Part shown: piece by piece, positions 47,813-62,800 of the stretch
Layout: each line of letters starts with the position of its first letter
Position numbering within the stretch: the first letter of the stretch is position 1
Position numbers and translations under genes: made by a program
Notes under the pieces: generated by a model
The model's database searches: none
What the model was told of the DNA's origin: nothing
The model's input: the letters and a program-made list of their open reading frames with translations, nothing else
From: Trichoplax adhaerens
Taxonomy: Eukaryota > Animalia > Placozoa
Assembly: GCF_000150275.1 (NCBI RefSeq)
Contig: NW_002060966.1
Location: 262,415-326,414 of the forward strand
DNA length: 64,000 nucleotides
Reading direction: 5' to 3'

Positions 47813-50800
47813 ATGTGGCTAAAATTGCTCATCCTTGGCTTTTCTACTTTCTTGATTTCCAAATCAGAATTTTTGACTCGTAAGTTCTGTTATAAGGCAT
47901 AATATGAATAACATGAAGAAAGCTTGATCCATTCTTAAATCACTTATACCCTGTATTGAGCAAGCCGTATACGATATTTTTTTGTATTGATGAGATTTAC
48001 CTGCTTTTACAGTAAACAAATGAATATTTTATTCAAAGCAAGCTAAATTTTTCTAATGTAATAGATATATCTTCTAGCTGCTGAAAATTTGACAGTATTT
48101 AAAATATAACTCTTCAATGCTTATTCACTAATGGAGCTAAAATATTGATGAAAAGTAGGATTTCATTACATCATCTATTAGTAGTTATGCACGTGTACCG
48201 ATAGACACTAGGCAACACACTAGCAAATAGTACATTAAAATTCTAATTACTTCTTGAAGATGCATTAAGAGTGATTAGGGATCGCTATTAATCTCAATGA
48301 CTTGGCTTAGCGAAAATTCTTATATTACTTTTAAGAAACAAATTTCAGTAAATTATATTCTGTTATCAATGTTTAATAGACAAAATTTGTTAATATACTG
48401 AAAATCTTTGTTAGTCAATTTGAAAATGCGATATCATGGCATTTCTATCCGCAACATCTAAAATTAGGAATACAGATTCAGATTACTATTAGCTTTATTT
48501 TCATTTACTTTTAAACATAAGGTTGTATTGGTAGGATGTTAAATTGCTTTGAGTTTACTTTCAATAAAATAAGAAAACTGGTCGGCAGTCACTTAAGGTC
48601 TATTACCACACAATGGGTGCCACTTTCTTTGACAAGAGAAATAAAATCAAGCCGATCTTCTATCTTAAAGTAAATTGAATCGATCTTGCTTGATTAGTAT
48701 ATTGTATACTAGACAGAAACTGAGATTTAATATAGTCTTTCTACATCTGGTATCTAGTATTGCATCAGAATAGGGGTTTAATGGTATAGAATGATAACGA
48801 TTGTCCAATAATGTGATAAGAAAGCGATGAATCAAGATTTAGCCTTAGTTCTTTATGCAAGATAGGTACGCCACACGGAAAAATTGCATCAGATGTTGTT
48901 GTAATTTTGCTCGTTAATGACTAGTACTATTTTCCTAGTGATTGAAACACGTAATAGGTACCTAATATCATTTCAATTCCTAAGATTAATGCTTAAAAAT
49001 ACTTAATGAAATTAAATATATGTAGACTAAATTGAAAGCTGGATTTGATGTAAAGTCGATTTTGGTAAAAATTATGAGATATAGAATAAAAATTCTCTTT
49101 CTGCACTTCGTTCAATGTAGTGCAGTAAAGTTTATAGATACTTGTATGTCTACCCCAAGCTATATTCATTTTAACATTGCTATTAAATAAATTTCTAGCA
49201 TTATATTTCTTACTAATAGTCAAATTTTAGAATATAAAGCAAAAATATAGATAAATTCAGCATATGCTCTAAGATCCTAATTTAGGTTTATGTTGTGGGG
49301 TATTGCTAACAGTAATGGTAACAAACGTAATTACTATTGATTTTGGAAATAAAAAATAGGTTTTAATGGTATCTTTACTTACATCTATCAAGTTTAATGC
49401 ATATTTTGATTCCTTAGGTAAAATATTTTGATATTTCTACATTGTGGTTCTTTCCAAATTGACTAAAATGCCTAACTACAATTCTCTCAACGCTTACTAG
49501 TCTACAAAAATGAGTAATTCCTCGTATTGATGAAAATAAACAAATTATCATACCCTACAATATGGATTGTTTAATTTGATGATAATTTGTGGGAAAAGTT
49601 TGTACCGAAAATTAAAAGTATTATATTTAACTTCTTTCTATACTGAAATAATGGTAGATGGGCTTGTAAATGTCTGTCTGCGATGGGAAATATGAAATCT
49701 CGGGAGATATTGAGTGTATTTAAATTAACGCTTAAGTTTCTGACGCACTAAACAAATTGCTATACTCTACAATACTGAATTAGCATACTGGTACATATGC
49801 TTATAAATATTCGCCTAAGGTGGATAATACAAAATTTCCGGAGATGCTGAGTGTACTTAAATTTACGCCTAAGTTTTTAGCGCGGTAAATAATATTAATT
49901 AATTCTATATTTAAAAATACTATATTTTAATCATCTAGCTTTCATAATTTGTTGGATTCATTTCTATCTCCTACAGTCATATGTAATAGACAGTTATTTC
50001 CCTATATTACTGAAAGCTAATTATTATTACTTAAATATAATTTTAATTACTAATGGTAACTCATCTCATTTAGAGCGAGTAGATTTATTATTTTTTAAGA
50101 ACTAGACTTTATTTTTTCGACATTTTCTCACATATTATAAGCGGTAAATCAATTAACGGATCTGATACGATTTCTTATTTTGATACTACTTATTAGGTTG
50201 CTAAACGTTCCAATTAGATGGAATAAAATGACAACAAGTTAAGCAACTACTATAGGATATAATAAATCTATTAAATCATTTCGTTTTAAATATCGAGAAT
50301 TGGAAAATAATCATTTTTCTTCTGAAAATATCTGCAATTCAACGTTCACTTACTTATTATCCTTCATTATCCTAAAATCGATCTCGTATCGATTCAGCTA
50401 TAAAATCATATCTTATCACCAGCTGTATATCTCGACTAGATCGCAATTGATTACTCTGCCATTGGTACGATATTTCTGCATTGATACGTAAAACTAGGCT
50501 CGGATTAATTAACAGGTTTAACAAACCTAATTAATTTTATTTTAACGTTCCTATCGCTGGCTCTATCAGAATAGATAGAAAGAACAAAGCACTATTATTA
50601 CTATTATGAAAAGAACATAATTTTACTCAATTTTAATAATTAGCATGTCGCAGTAGTCGATTTATTATAATTGTTTACGGAATAATTAATAAATAATCGT
50701 AATCTTGCTCCTAGTGAGAATACTTACAGTGCTATGCAATATTTTCCGCATTAGTATTTTCACGGAAACTATAATACAATTTCTTTTGTAGCAAAGCTTT

Positions 50801-53800
50801 ATACCAAGATTACGCAACTTCTATATTTAGTCGCGCCATAGCTACCGTCCGTACCTTAGAGCTTCATATTCATTAAATAAGTTTTCCGGTTTATTCCACA
50901 TGTCCTATGGTGATGATTTCTAAATGATATGTTGCTAAATTCGCATTTTTCAATTTTGGCGTAAATATTTTCGCTAATGTGGATTGTTGATGGTTATATA
51001 ACTATGAATTAATTAACAGTTCAATATTTTCTAAATGCAGTAATAACATATTAGCGAATTGATTACATCCTAGAAACAATGCAGTCGATGTTTGCCTATT
51101 ATTATCATTTTCGTAAATTAACATAAATGCATCAGTAATTATATTCTATTAATATGAGGTTGTAGCTTTAAAGTTGTGAGAATATCAAGGATAGACGTAA
51201 ATAATCACTGAATTTCAATTAGATCGTTAGTTAAATAGAATACTGTACTAGATTTTTTGGAATTAAGCTACAATTCAAAGAATAGAGAACTCGATTGTCA
51301 AAATAATCTCAAGCCCGCCAGTTCTGGTCATTTAATCGACTCAAATAGTATAGAAAGAGTCCATAAATTACGAAAGCCATTACGTTTTCGACAGTATCTG
51401 GGCTGAATCTTGTTATTTTATAGATCACTTTAGATGAGTTTTGATATTTGCGTACAGACAGGAACGAAAATAAGATTGCAACATAGGAGTGTTTGTTCAT
51501 TTGTCGTTAAAGAGACACTTTTCTTAAGTAAGTAAATAAAGCAATGAGAACTTTCCCATACACTATATATTCTGTCTTTCAAACGATTTTTAGCGTAGTA
51601 GCACAATCGAAAACTACTTATTTAATAAGTTATTGTAATTTAATTTTGCTTAAAAATTACTTTTTCGAAACATTCGACCACATTACTAACCTATAGTTTT
51701 AGCAAAATATCTTCCTCAAGGATAAAAAGACAATTATGTATGGTCCATATTTTAACATAGAAATTCTTTTATCTAGTAGGACCGTTAAGGTATTTATCTC
51801 TTTATTTAATTTATTAGATAGAGGCCTTAATTAAAATTGAGAGTTTAAGACAGTACTGTTTTTATTTTTCTATTTATTTTTACATCTTTGAAAAGAGAAT
51901 GCCTCAAAAATATTGATGCACATACATAAATAATTGGATAATCAACTTGTTTATAAATTGCATTAATCTTTTTTGGAGGTGACAATGAATTCTCGGCTTT
52001 GACCTTCATGTAGAATAAGGGCAATTTATTTCTTTTATAATTGATACGTTTTAGTTTGTCATAGTTTCTTTCCAAGCGATGCGAAATATTTTATAGGATC
52101 ACATAGAGTTAACTTGATTCAGATTTCGAAATAGGGCTATCTGAAGAATGAATACTTAAATAAAGCATTCCTGGAGTTGTAAGCACTTTCAGTAATATTT
52201 TCCGTTTAACCTTATGTTAAAAAATTCAGCTTATAACTCTAAATTGGCAATAAAATCTATGCCAGCATTGGATCTGTCTACAAATTGTTTGGTTTGATTT
52301 AAAGCCACTTTATTACTAAGTAGAAATTTATTTCTAAAACTTAACTCTATATAGATTAATCAGCAGCGATCAATCAATTTAGGTTTATAGGCCATCACGT
52401 AAAATATGACAATTAAATTCGTTAATTGCGATAATGTTAAGTTTTATTTCTTGAAATATTCATAGTTAGATTGGAATTAAGAATATTAAATCTTAAAATT
52501 GTTTATGATCTTTAACAGCAACATCAAAAGAATTTGAAAAGCCTTTCCATCAAATGTATTTATTCGAAAATTCTACATCCTCTTGGAATTACTCTGATAA
52601 AAACATTAATTTAAATTTGCTATTGGATAACGGTTAGTATTAAACATTATAAGAATCAGGCAGTATAATTATGATTGTCAGCTTAGTTAATTATTCATAA
52701 GTTTAATGTGCAGACCTTTCAGCAGAAATGTACGAGATAAGATAATTTTAGAATAACAGTAAAACAATTTTAAGTAGTGATATACAGCAACTATTTAAAT
52801 ACATAATAACTCGTGGAGTGAGATAAAATTTCCTGATCAGGTACAGAAAAGAGCTAAAAATTGATAGTAACTCATAAAACTTAAACCCTTTTGCCATCGA
52901 GCAATTGATACAAAGCATTGCACCTTCAAGAATCTGTGAAATAAGTTATTTATACAGTAGTAGAAAAAAATTACTATGTAAATATTAAAAAAAAATGGTA
53001 ATTAATTAATTCATAATACAGCCAGTAGAACAATATAAACTTTTTGGATCGAATCGCTTCGGAAATTGGGCTAGAAGAATTGAATAGCCACTTATTAATA
53101 TGTAGTTAATCTGCCATTAAATGATAGAACATAAAATTTTGAACTCCAATAGTCTATAATATACCTTAGAAACTTTCCTGATAAAATTGCAACAGAAAAT
53201 TGGCTAAAAATTGTAAAACTGCTTGATTATATTTATTTTTTCTGTCATTAAATGATAAGATGACAGGTTCAAACTTCATTAATTAATTTATAATTTATTT
53301 TATAAATTTTCTAATCAACTAGCTGCAGAAAATGGGGTAAAAAAAATTAAATTGCTGCTCTTTAATCCGTAATTAGTTGTCTTGTCATTAAATGATGAAA
53401 TATTAGGTTTTTAACTCATTTGTTTATATAATTTATAATTTACATTTTTTTATCGAGTAAGGCTAGAAAGTTAATAAATCGTGATACACAGGAATAATTC
53501 TTGGCTTACACTCACTACAATTCGTTGAGAAGAATAATCATACTCAATAAATAACTATGAAAATGACCTTGAGTTCCTAGTTGGCTTTTATCTTATTGTT
53601 AGCTTTAAAATGATACGATATGAAATTAAATGATATTTAATGAGATGTTATAATGTTATTTCTTAGTTACCCTATCGGATGGCAGTTTGCGCCTCGTCGA
53701 TGGAAGAAATCCTCACGAAGGACGTATTGAAGTTTATTACAAAGGAATATGGGGAACAGTTTGCGGTAGAGGGTTTAGCCAAAAGGAAGCCGATGTAGTT

Positions 53801-56800
53801 TGCCGACAACTTGGATATGAGAAAGCAGATTTTTGCTGTCCAGAGTTTGCTATGGGACAAGGAATAATTTGGCTTAATTGGATCGCTTGTCCTACTGGTT
53901 ACGAAAGCCATATTTTGGAATGCAACCGTAGTAACTGGGGTCACAGTTTCTATTGCACATGTCNNNNNNNNNNNNNNNNNNNNNNNNNNNNNNNNNNNNN
54001 NNNNNNNNNNNNNNNNNNNNNNNNNNNNNNNNNNNNNNNNNNNNNNNNNNNNNNNNNNNNNNNNNNNNNNNNNNNNNNNNNNNNNNNNNNNNNNNNNNNN
54101 NNNNNNNNNNNNNNNNNNNNNNNNNNNNNNNNNNNNNNNNNNNNNNNNNNNNNNNNNNNNNNNNNNNNNNNNNNNNNNNNNNNNNNNNNNNNNNNNNNNN
54201 NNNNNNATACAAAAATATAACAACGTATCCTCATCTATTGATCAAATTCGCGTAGTTAGCTTCTTAGATTGGTTACAATATTAGAGAAAGAAAATATATA
54301 CTTTCTCCTAGATGCTATAGATTTCAACTCGTACATGCATAAATAAAAACTTATCTATTTTCAGTGATACAAATATAGTTTCTAACAGTTAAAAGTTTAA
54401 TAAGATATTCGAAAATAGATATGTATTATTTGATAATCATCATCTTTGTAATATATATAGCTAAACATTTTTGAAATGTCCAAAAATAGAGTCTAGTCAT
54501 TAAACTTGTGGCAATAAAAGTCACTTAGCCATCAGCAAGTAAACCATTTGCAATTATGTCTAGCATTTTTACAGATAAAAGCAAATCGTTTCATTTATGG
54601 ACTAAAATGACTGTGTTTTCTCCATCTCGAAAATCCTATAATCTGAAATCTATTCTATTTTTAGGATATAATTATTGCGCTTCTAATCCTTGTGATACCA
54701 ATGCTACTTGCTATAATAAAGCTAACGATTATATATGTCGCTGTAAGGACGGTGGATTCAAAAAGAATTGCTCCGAAGGTAAGGAACTTTCCAAGTTAGC
54801 CTACCATAACCTTGATGTACCTTAAACTTCAATGTTGGGATCCAACTAAAAATATCTTTGCCCTAACTACCATCATAATATGTGTCTATTTCTTGCATAA
54901 ATAAATTTCAGAATACGTATTTTAGTTCTTTAAAATTTCCGATTGCACCGATATTAAGTAATCGTAAAGCAATTTGTTGCACATTTAAAATTTTTTTTTA
55001 ATTTTGTACCCTTAGTAGATTAGAATGTACACAAATTCTTTGATATTTCTAATTTTCTTAAAAAGCATGCTATTATGAAACAAAGTGTATTTGCTTACTT
55101 TAAAGTTTCAAATTTCGCCAAAATTAAGTAATCAAGAAATAATTTGCAACATGTTTTTAAATTTATACTTCATATCATCGATAGAATCGAATACAGGCAT
55201 TCTTTACCATTCTAATTTTCTCTATATTATACTATCCTGAAACAAAATATTTTTGCTTACTTTAAAGTTTCTAATTTGGCCAATAGTAAGTAACTATAAA
55301 GCAACTTACTATGCCTACATTTGTTACTTGTTTATGTTTAGTATCCTAAGAAGATTAAAATATACCCGTATTCTTCGCCATTTGCAGTTTTCCTGTATTA
55401 TGTTATCTTGAACCAAAGTATATTTACTTATAGTTTTAATATCCTCGTTAAATTCAACGCAGTGAATTAAAAGTAATTTTTAATATGTCATCATCATATT
55501 AATATTTCTTTATATGAGGTAATAATACGATTAGGTAAGACTTGAACCATTAAGTTTATCTATCAGTTTATAAATAATTATCTGAAGATGATCATTCTTT
55601 CCTGAATCTAACAAGTTTAGTCGTTATGCCACAAAAACCTCTTCTAAGCGCCTATTTCGCTTTGTAAAAGATTTGTAATTATATTATTTTTACCAAAACA
55701 TAAATTATAGTATTCTATTGAGCTTCTGGCGATCATCAAGATTCATGAAATCAGGCATGAGAGTATTGCTGGCAACAAACTTAGTAAAGTTATTCAGTAA
55801 TTATTCAGTGATTATGGAAACCTGTTTATAACAAATTCTAACTATCAATGCGCATATTAGAGTAGTATAGCCGCGTTGCATGAGTAGATATAATAGAGGC
55901 ACACAACAAGTTTTAATGCGGGAATAATTGCACTCATGTGTGTACTCATGGTGTCTGTCATTTCATTTACTATCCAATAGCTATTATTTCGGGTACATTC
56001 AAAATCGTAGACAGTTTAGATGGGACTTATGGAACCGTTCAAATATATTCCGGAACGTCGTGGTCGAAAATTTGCTGGAACTCCATATATCGCATAAGTA
56101 ATATAGCATATAAAAGAATTGGGCAAGCTATCGCTAAATCTGTGGGACAGAAAATGTGTGGTCTAGGAATGCGCTTGGATGATATTCGACCAAGTATTGA
56201 GCCTTACGTCAATATTCCCTTCATATGTGTTGCTGATGGAGACATCGATATTTTAAGTAAATGCTTACCATGGCAAGAAGGAATGTTGACTTCGTATTGT
56301 ACCTCTCGTAATACTGTTTACGCTATCTGTTCAGGTAAGATGGAGTAAAGACTTATAATAAACTTACCATAATAAATTTACTTATATTGTAGCGACCAGA
56401 ATTCTTTTAACTTATACTTGTACAGAATAAAGAATACGCTACTTCTAGTTCGAAGATCAACGTTTTATTTGTAATCGTTCTTTTAAAAATCTCTACCTAC
56501 ACATGCATATAAATTTAATCCTCCGATCATAGATATCAGCTGCTTCATATAGTGCAGTCTAACCTGCTATTAGCATTTAGAAAATTTAGAAGATAATATT
56601 TTAGATATTTTTTAATCCTTTCTCTATCAGCTTTAAGATTTAATAGTGCTACCGTCTACTTTCAAGCTTTCTTCCTGTTAATGATACAAATAAATCAACT
56701 TACATTTATACAGATTATAATAGGAGTTCATTAACAGAACTGCAAAATTATTTATTATTTAGGCTCAGCATGTCTGTCTAATCCTTGTGTTAATGGACTT

Positions 56801-59800
56801 TGCTTCAATGCAAATGCAAATGGTACAGCCTACGTATGTAAATGTTTAATTGGCTATACTGGTCAAAATTGTGATATAGGTAATTTCTCGAATTTGCTAT
56901 ACTTTAAGATCTAGCACGATTGACATGTACAAGTATATTATCATATATTATTATATTGTTTAATTATTACATATTGTTATGTTATCCTTAATTTATTATA
57001 TTATGTACATATTAGTGCCATTGTTAATTATTTAACAGAACTTGAATAGTTTGATCAGTAATTTGAAATTCGTTTGAAATACTTTGATTAAATGGGAGCA
57101 GAAACCAACTACTGCAAGAGATATCAAAATTTGTGCATCAATAACGCAACTTGTATTAAAATTGGATCAAGTTTTCGATGTGCTTGTGCACCAGGTTACG
57201 ATGGTTCATTCTGTCAGTATGGTAAGATGCAAAGAAAATTATGTAAAACAAAATTTTACGCATGTAGATGGAATATTCTAAATATCTATTTCCTGTAACG
57301 AATTTCTAATCAATTACAAATACTACGGCCATCTCATAATGCTTTGCTATAAAATATATTAGGAGAATAATTTAGTTATAAGTTAATTCTATATCTATTT
57401 CACATTTACCTTACAGAATAATTCATATTATTTAATTAAAAAATTTTAGGTCCACACGCGGACGGCAGTTTAAGACTTATTAAATTTAAATCGGGCAGCT
57501 ATCAAAACAGTGAAACATTTAGCCGTGTCGCAAAAACTCGCGGATATCCAGTTATTTATTTTAACAGCCAATGGTTTTCCATATGTTACGATAACTTTCT
57601 CATCACTGAAGCAATGGTTGCTTGCAAACAATTAGGTTACGATACTGCACTGAGTTATGGCTATCCTGAGGAAGATTCTGTCAATAAGACATCATTGGGG
57701 TATAATCCGATTGCCTTACAACGTATTCATTGCAATGGCAATGAAAGCCAACTGCTGGAATGTGCCGATATCAAATGGGATTTTTGTATCAGAAATCGGA
57801 TGACTGAACTCCATTGCGGATGTGAGTCGCCTGTAGATTTTCAATCCAAATTCTCGAAATTTGAAGAGCTTTTATTTCTTGCTACCAATTATTTTTATTT
57901 GTTAACTTAGCCTGCCCTCCACATTGCACATGTCGAGAAAATCTCGTCATTTGCATGGGTAAAAAAATTACAGAGGTTCCAGAAACTGCTGGTGCAACCT
58001 ATGATTATTGCCATGTATTGTACGTAAGGCATTAGCTCATGAATATGTGATAATAAAGCTACCCTATATTAAAACTAGGATGTGATTACAAAACTACCTT
58101 AAACTAAAATAAGGAAAAATTATTTACGCAATATTTATCGGTAGTAAATTGAAATGTCTCCTATTTGGGGGCATTTTAATAGGAAGGATTTCTGTAATCG
58201 GAAAAAGTCAAGAATATGTTAATTAATAGAAAATAATCTTGTGCGAGTACTTAATTAGACAATGTTTTCCCTCTAGAATGTTTCGCTTTACAAGCGTCAA
58301 AGTGATTAAAGACAATTCCTTTCGAGCTTATCCTAATGTGAATAGGCTGTAAGTCGACAACTTTATTTCTCTCACCCTTGAAATTCAACTTGTAAAATAA
58401 TTGCATAATTAATCACTACAGATTTCTTGGTCACAATAACATCGTTACTATATCGAATATCGCATTTCAGCGTTTGCCTGATCTCACGCATATGTGAGTA
58501 AATCGTTATGGTACTTAGATTCTTGATAAAGTAGTAAACGGCATATTTAAAATTGGACGCAAAAGGATGTAACAAGATTTCGGTATTTTCTTTAGTTATA
58601 TTAGAATGCTAACTATCTCCTTAAGATCAAATAAGTATGGTTAAACGCTATAAATACGATGAAAAATTTTTATGGAATTTTATCACGATTTCGCCAGTGC
58701 ACAAAGGAAACATTATTAAGATGCTACATATATATAAATTTTTTCTCTGTATATGGTTCGATGAAAATTAAACTAAACGTCCTGCAAATCATTCAATATC
58801 AAATATTGTCATGATATGCAAATTAGAGATAAATGCTCACTAATTCACGAGCTGAGGCATTATCAACTATCTTGCAAGACGAGCAGCGAGATAATTTTTC
58901 ACCTTTGACTTATATCAGCTCCATTTATGATAATAATTTTTCTATTTTACTAGAATTTTAGCATTCAACCCTTTAACCAATACATCTGGTCGAGCATTCT
59001 CCGATTTGCCTAAGCTTTCCATCCTGTAAGTTATTGCGACAATGTCAAACTACGATAGCTTCGGCTCTCAATACATCCTCTGACATTTTTGTTTTAGCTA
59101 GAGAATAATTAAAGCCAATGGGAAATTTTATATGATTCTAAGTGTCTAACTTATTATTTATATAATTTGCATAGTAAACTTGCGAATACAAGCTTTTCCA
59201 TCCAAGAAACAATTATGAATGTACCAGTTTTAGCTAAATTGTATGTTTATTAATGTTATTACAGTTTTGCTCTGGCTCTGCATGATTAAATTGTTATCTT
59301 CAATCTTTCCTTCATAAAATAGACATTTACAAATGATGCAACTGGAGCATTTCAATAACAAAATAACTCATAATATGAGAAGATTAAATCGATTGTGAGT
59401 AAACATCAATTTATAGGCTTAGATATTGCCATGATCTTGATTGAATACCAAAGAAAGATCTGATAAAGCTATTTCTAGGAAGTATTTTGTTCATTTACAG
59501 TTCAATCATTTAATGCTATCCTCCTTCGTTAACATTTAGATATTTAGACGAAAATGCGATTTTAAGTCTACATCAAAATCAATTTTTTAACTTGAAGAAC
59601 TTACAGATTCTGTAAGATATGTCAATGCCAAAAATGTTTAGGAAAAGATTAGAGTCTTTGTTTTGACAATTGGTTATACTAATTTTAGGCTCCATTTGAA
59701 AGCTGTACAATTATTTTCTCTAGGAGTCTGTATAATATTATAGAGAATGATTGCAGCTATTTTTAATGTCTTCTTCAATCTATAGTTCTCTGAGGACAAA

Positions 59801-62800
59801 TCAAATTCGGAGCATTCACCGTTACGCTCTAAAGGGATTAAAGGAATTGACTTCTTTGTAAGTTTTTATTCTAATGAAATCATTTACAGGTTTCATTAAA
59901 TTTGTCTAAGCAATTTGGTTGCTTAAATTAGAAGACTAGACGGAAACAGAATTTCTAATATTGACGGCAATATTTTTCATGTTGTTCCGAAACTGCAGTA
60001 TTTGTAAGTATTGAACTAATCACTTACTTAACTAAACTGATGGTATTACAAACTAAAGATTTCTGGGAAAGATAGAAAGATGAATGGTGGCTAATATTTA
60101 TTCGGCATAAATAAAATTTAGTAACTTAATGTATGGCTATTTGTATTTCAGAGGGTTACACAAAAATCGATTTAAGCAAATTGGTCGCTTAGCGTTTTAT
60201 AACTCATCTTCTATCTTTTTCATGTACGAATGTATCTTAATCTCTAATAATCAATTCGAGAAAGTATTTCTGCAGTCCATCAATACCCTCTATTAAGAAT
60301 CTTTATTTCATTCATAAATTTAATCTATGCCAATATGTTTTCTGGTACACTGATAGCGATCTCAAGGACAATTTAATTGATTATATCAATCCAGATGCAT
60401 TTCAAGGGATGACAGGACTTAATAAATTGTAAGATAGCATAATGATATTAGTCTTAGATAAAATTGATGAAACGGTCGTTATATGTGCATATTCATTATT
60501 CATTTATGTTTTCTTTAACATTTTAGAGAATTAGCAAACAATCGGTTTACTTATCTTTCCAGAGAATTATTTCCTAAGCATCTTAGCAATTTAACATACC
60601 TGTTAGTTGGAATTTCATACAAAACTTAATTTATTGCTAGACTACTAGCTAATTTGATTCTCAAGCTGCTGTCTATTGTTCTCCTGTTAGTTGATGATAA
60701 ATACATATCATCTATTTATTTCGGAATTATTTAAATGTTTTGCATAGCAAATTTTGCGTATCAACTGAGGTTCATATACAGAACTAGCTAGCTAGAGTAT
60801 TAAACAGATAACTATAACTTCTGTTAGTTGAAAATGAAACCTTAACGTGTTATAATTTATATATATAGAGCAAATGATACCAGAATATATATATACAACC
60901 CTAGGAGTGAATCAGCATATGCTTAATTTAATTTGCTTCTTAGTTATATTAATTAAAAGTGAATGCTATTGCGTGAAATAGAACTGTGGACCTCATTAAT
61001 TATGACGATAAAATGATCGAATCAATGTGATTCTGCATCCCCTTTAGATATTTATTTAACTTTCCTAAGTTACTAAAGTAAACGCTAAATTGTTATTACG
61101 TTAGACTGAAGGTAAATATTTAATACTAGCTAACTAGCCATTCATCAACTCAATACTATTACTATAGCAGCCTACGGGGAAATTTCATTTCGAGGATACA
61201 ACCACGAAGCTTTAGCAACCTGATAAATTTGCAAACGTTGTAAGTTCCATTTGTAAGGCAGTTCAAAAATAGTATAAATTATGAACGATAAAGAAATTAC
61301 ATTGGGCCGAATATGTAGTTTGCACGATTTCTAAAGTGTTAGCTATCATAAATTATAGAATATACATATAGTTTACCACATGGTCTTAAATATAATATCA
61401 TTTATTCTTATTTTTTGGTATAGGAGTTTATCCAATAATCCGATATCGAATTTATGTCGTTTTGCATTTTCTAAATTAAGGAATTTAACCAAACTGTGAG
61501 GGAATTTTAAAGTAGTAACTAATACTGAGTGACAAATCAATAGCTAAGTGGACAAATAATTTGCAAATGGACGAAACGTGAGACAAATTGGATTAGAACA
61601 AGAACTAATCAAACCATGTTTTGCTACTTTAGAATTATGAATCATTGCCTATTAGAGAAGGTTGAGAAGGATGCCTTTTCGCTAGGATTACCTAACCTGC
61701 AAACTTTGTAAGCAATTTCTTTTCATAATTTCTAAATAAAAATGTGATATGTATTAAAGTAAAATTAAAATTAGCTGCAAAAGATTAAGTTCAATAGCAA
61801 AATTGCTATTACAGCAATCCAATAAATGCATCGCTTTAGTTTATTACATTTTTATAAGCCATTTGGAAACACAATGATTCCATTGAAGTTTAGCTTAGTA
61901 AAGTCAAAATAGAATCTTGGAGATCAATAGAACTAGTAATACTTAATTTAATATACTTTATGATATATGTTTATATGTTTTGCGAGCATAAAGAGATCAT
62001 TGCAAAGAATGAAACACGATATTTCTGTCTAATTATGAGAAAATATCATTAGAAATTTAGAACGTAATAACTTGAAGAATTTGCAGTTTCTAGGAGTAAT
62101 GCCTAACTTGCGAAACCTGTAAGTTGAACCAAATATTTCGATCATATTCATGTTTGTAATGTCTACATGATATGATAAAATTGTTCGTTGTAAATGATAT
62201 TTATGGTCTGTGTTAAAAATAAAAATGTTCTCATTTTATGTTAATCTTCAATAGCTAATTGCGAATTGAAAGTTCAGTTTAATCTTTTTTTTACCTTGAC
62301 GGGTTTTAAGCAATAGCTGCAGTTTTCCAATTTAAGCTTCTAGAAATAATAGCAATAATTAAACCTTTTAGGCATTGAATAGATTTAGGGTTAATTTCAT
62401 ATATTCCAATTAAGTTTTTTACTAGTAATTAGGCTAAAAACGTACTAAAATTGATCGAGAATCCCCTGTCAGCTCCGAATGTATTTCGTTGATCCTAGTA
62501 ATCAATAATAAATATTCGTTTACGATAATGTAAACCTAATAGTTCACATACGTATATTTTAAGAAAGTGCTTATTTCTAAGAATACTGGCAGTAGCTACT
62601 ATCTCATTATCTAAATTAGATTTTAACTTAAACATCAATTACTACGTTTTGATAGGAATTTAGCCGAAAATAAGTTGAAAACATTGCAGTACGACAATTT
62701 TAAAGCTTTGCCTGGCCTACAAAACCTGTAAGGAATTATAAGTCATTCTTAAAATTTGTTAGCTCGAATTCTCTATAACAATTTGATCAATCCTTTAATT

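Noticed and set aside
53672-54255. ORFs with long X runs
   Set aside because: Artefacts of the N gap; only the SRCR frame is real.
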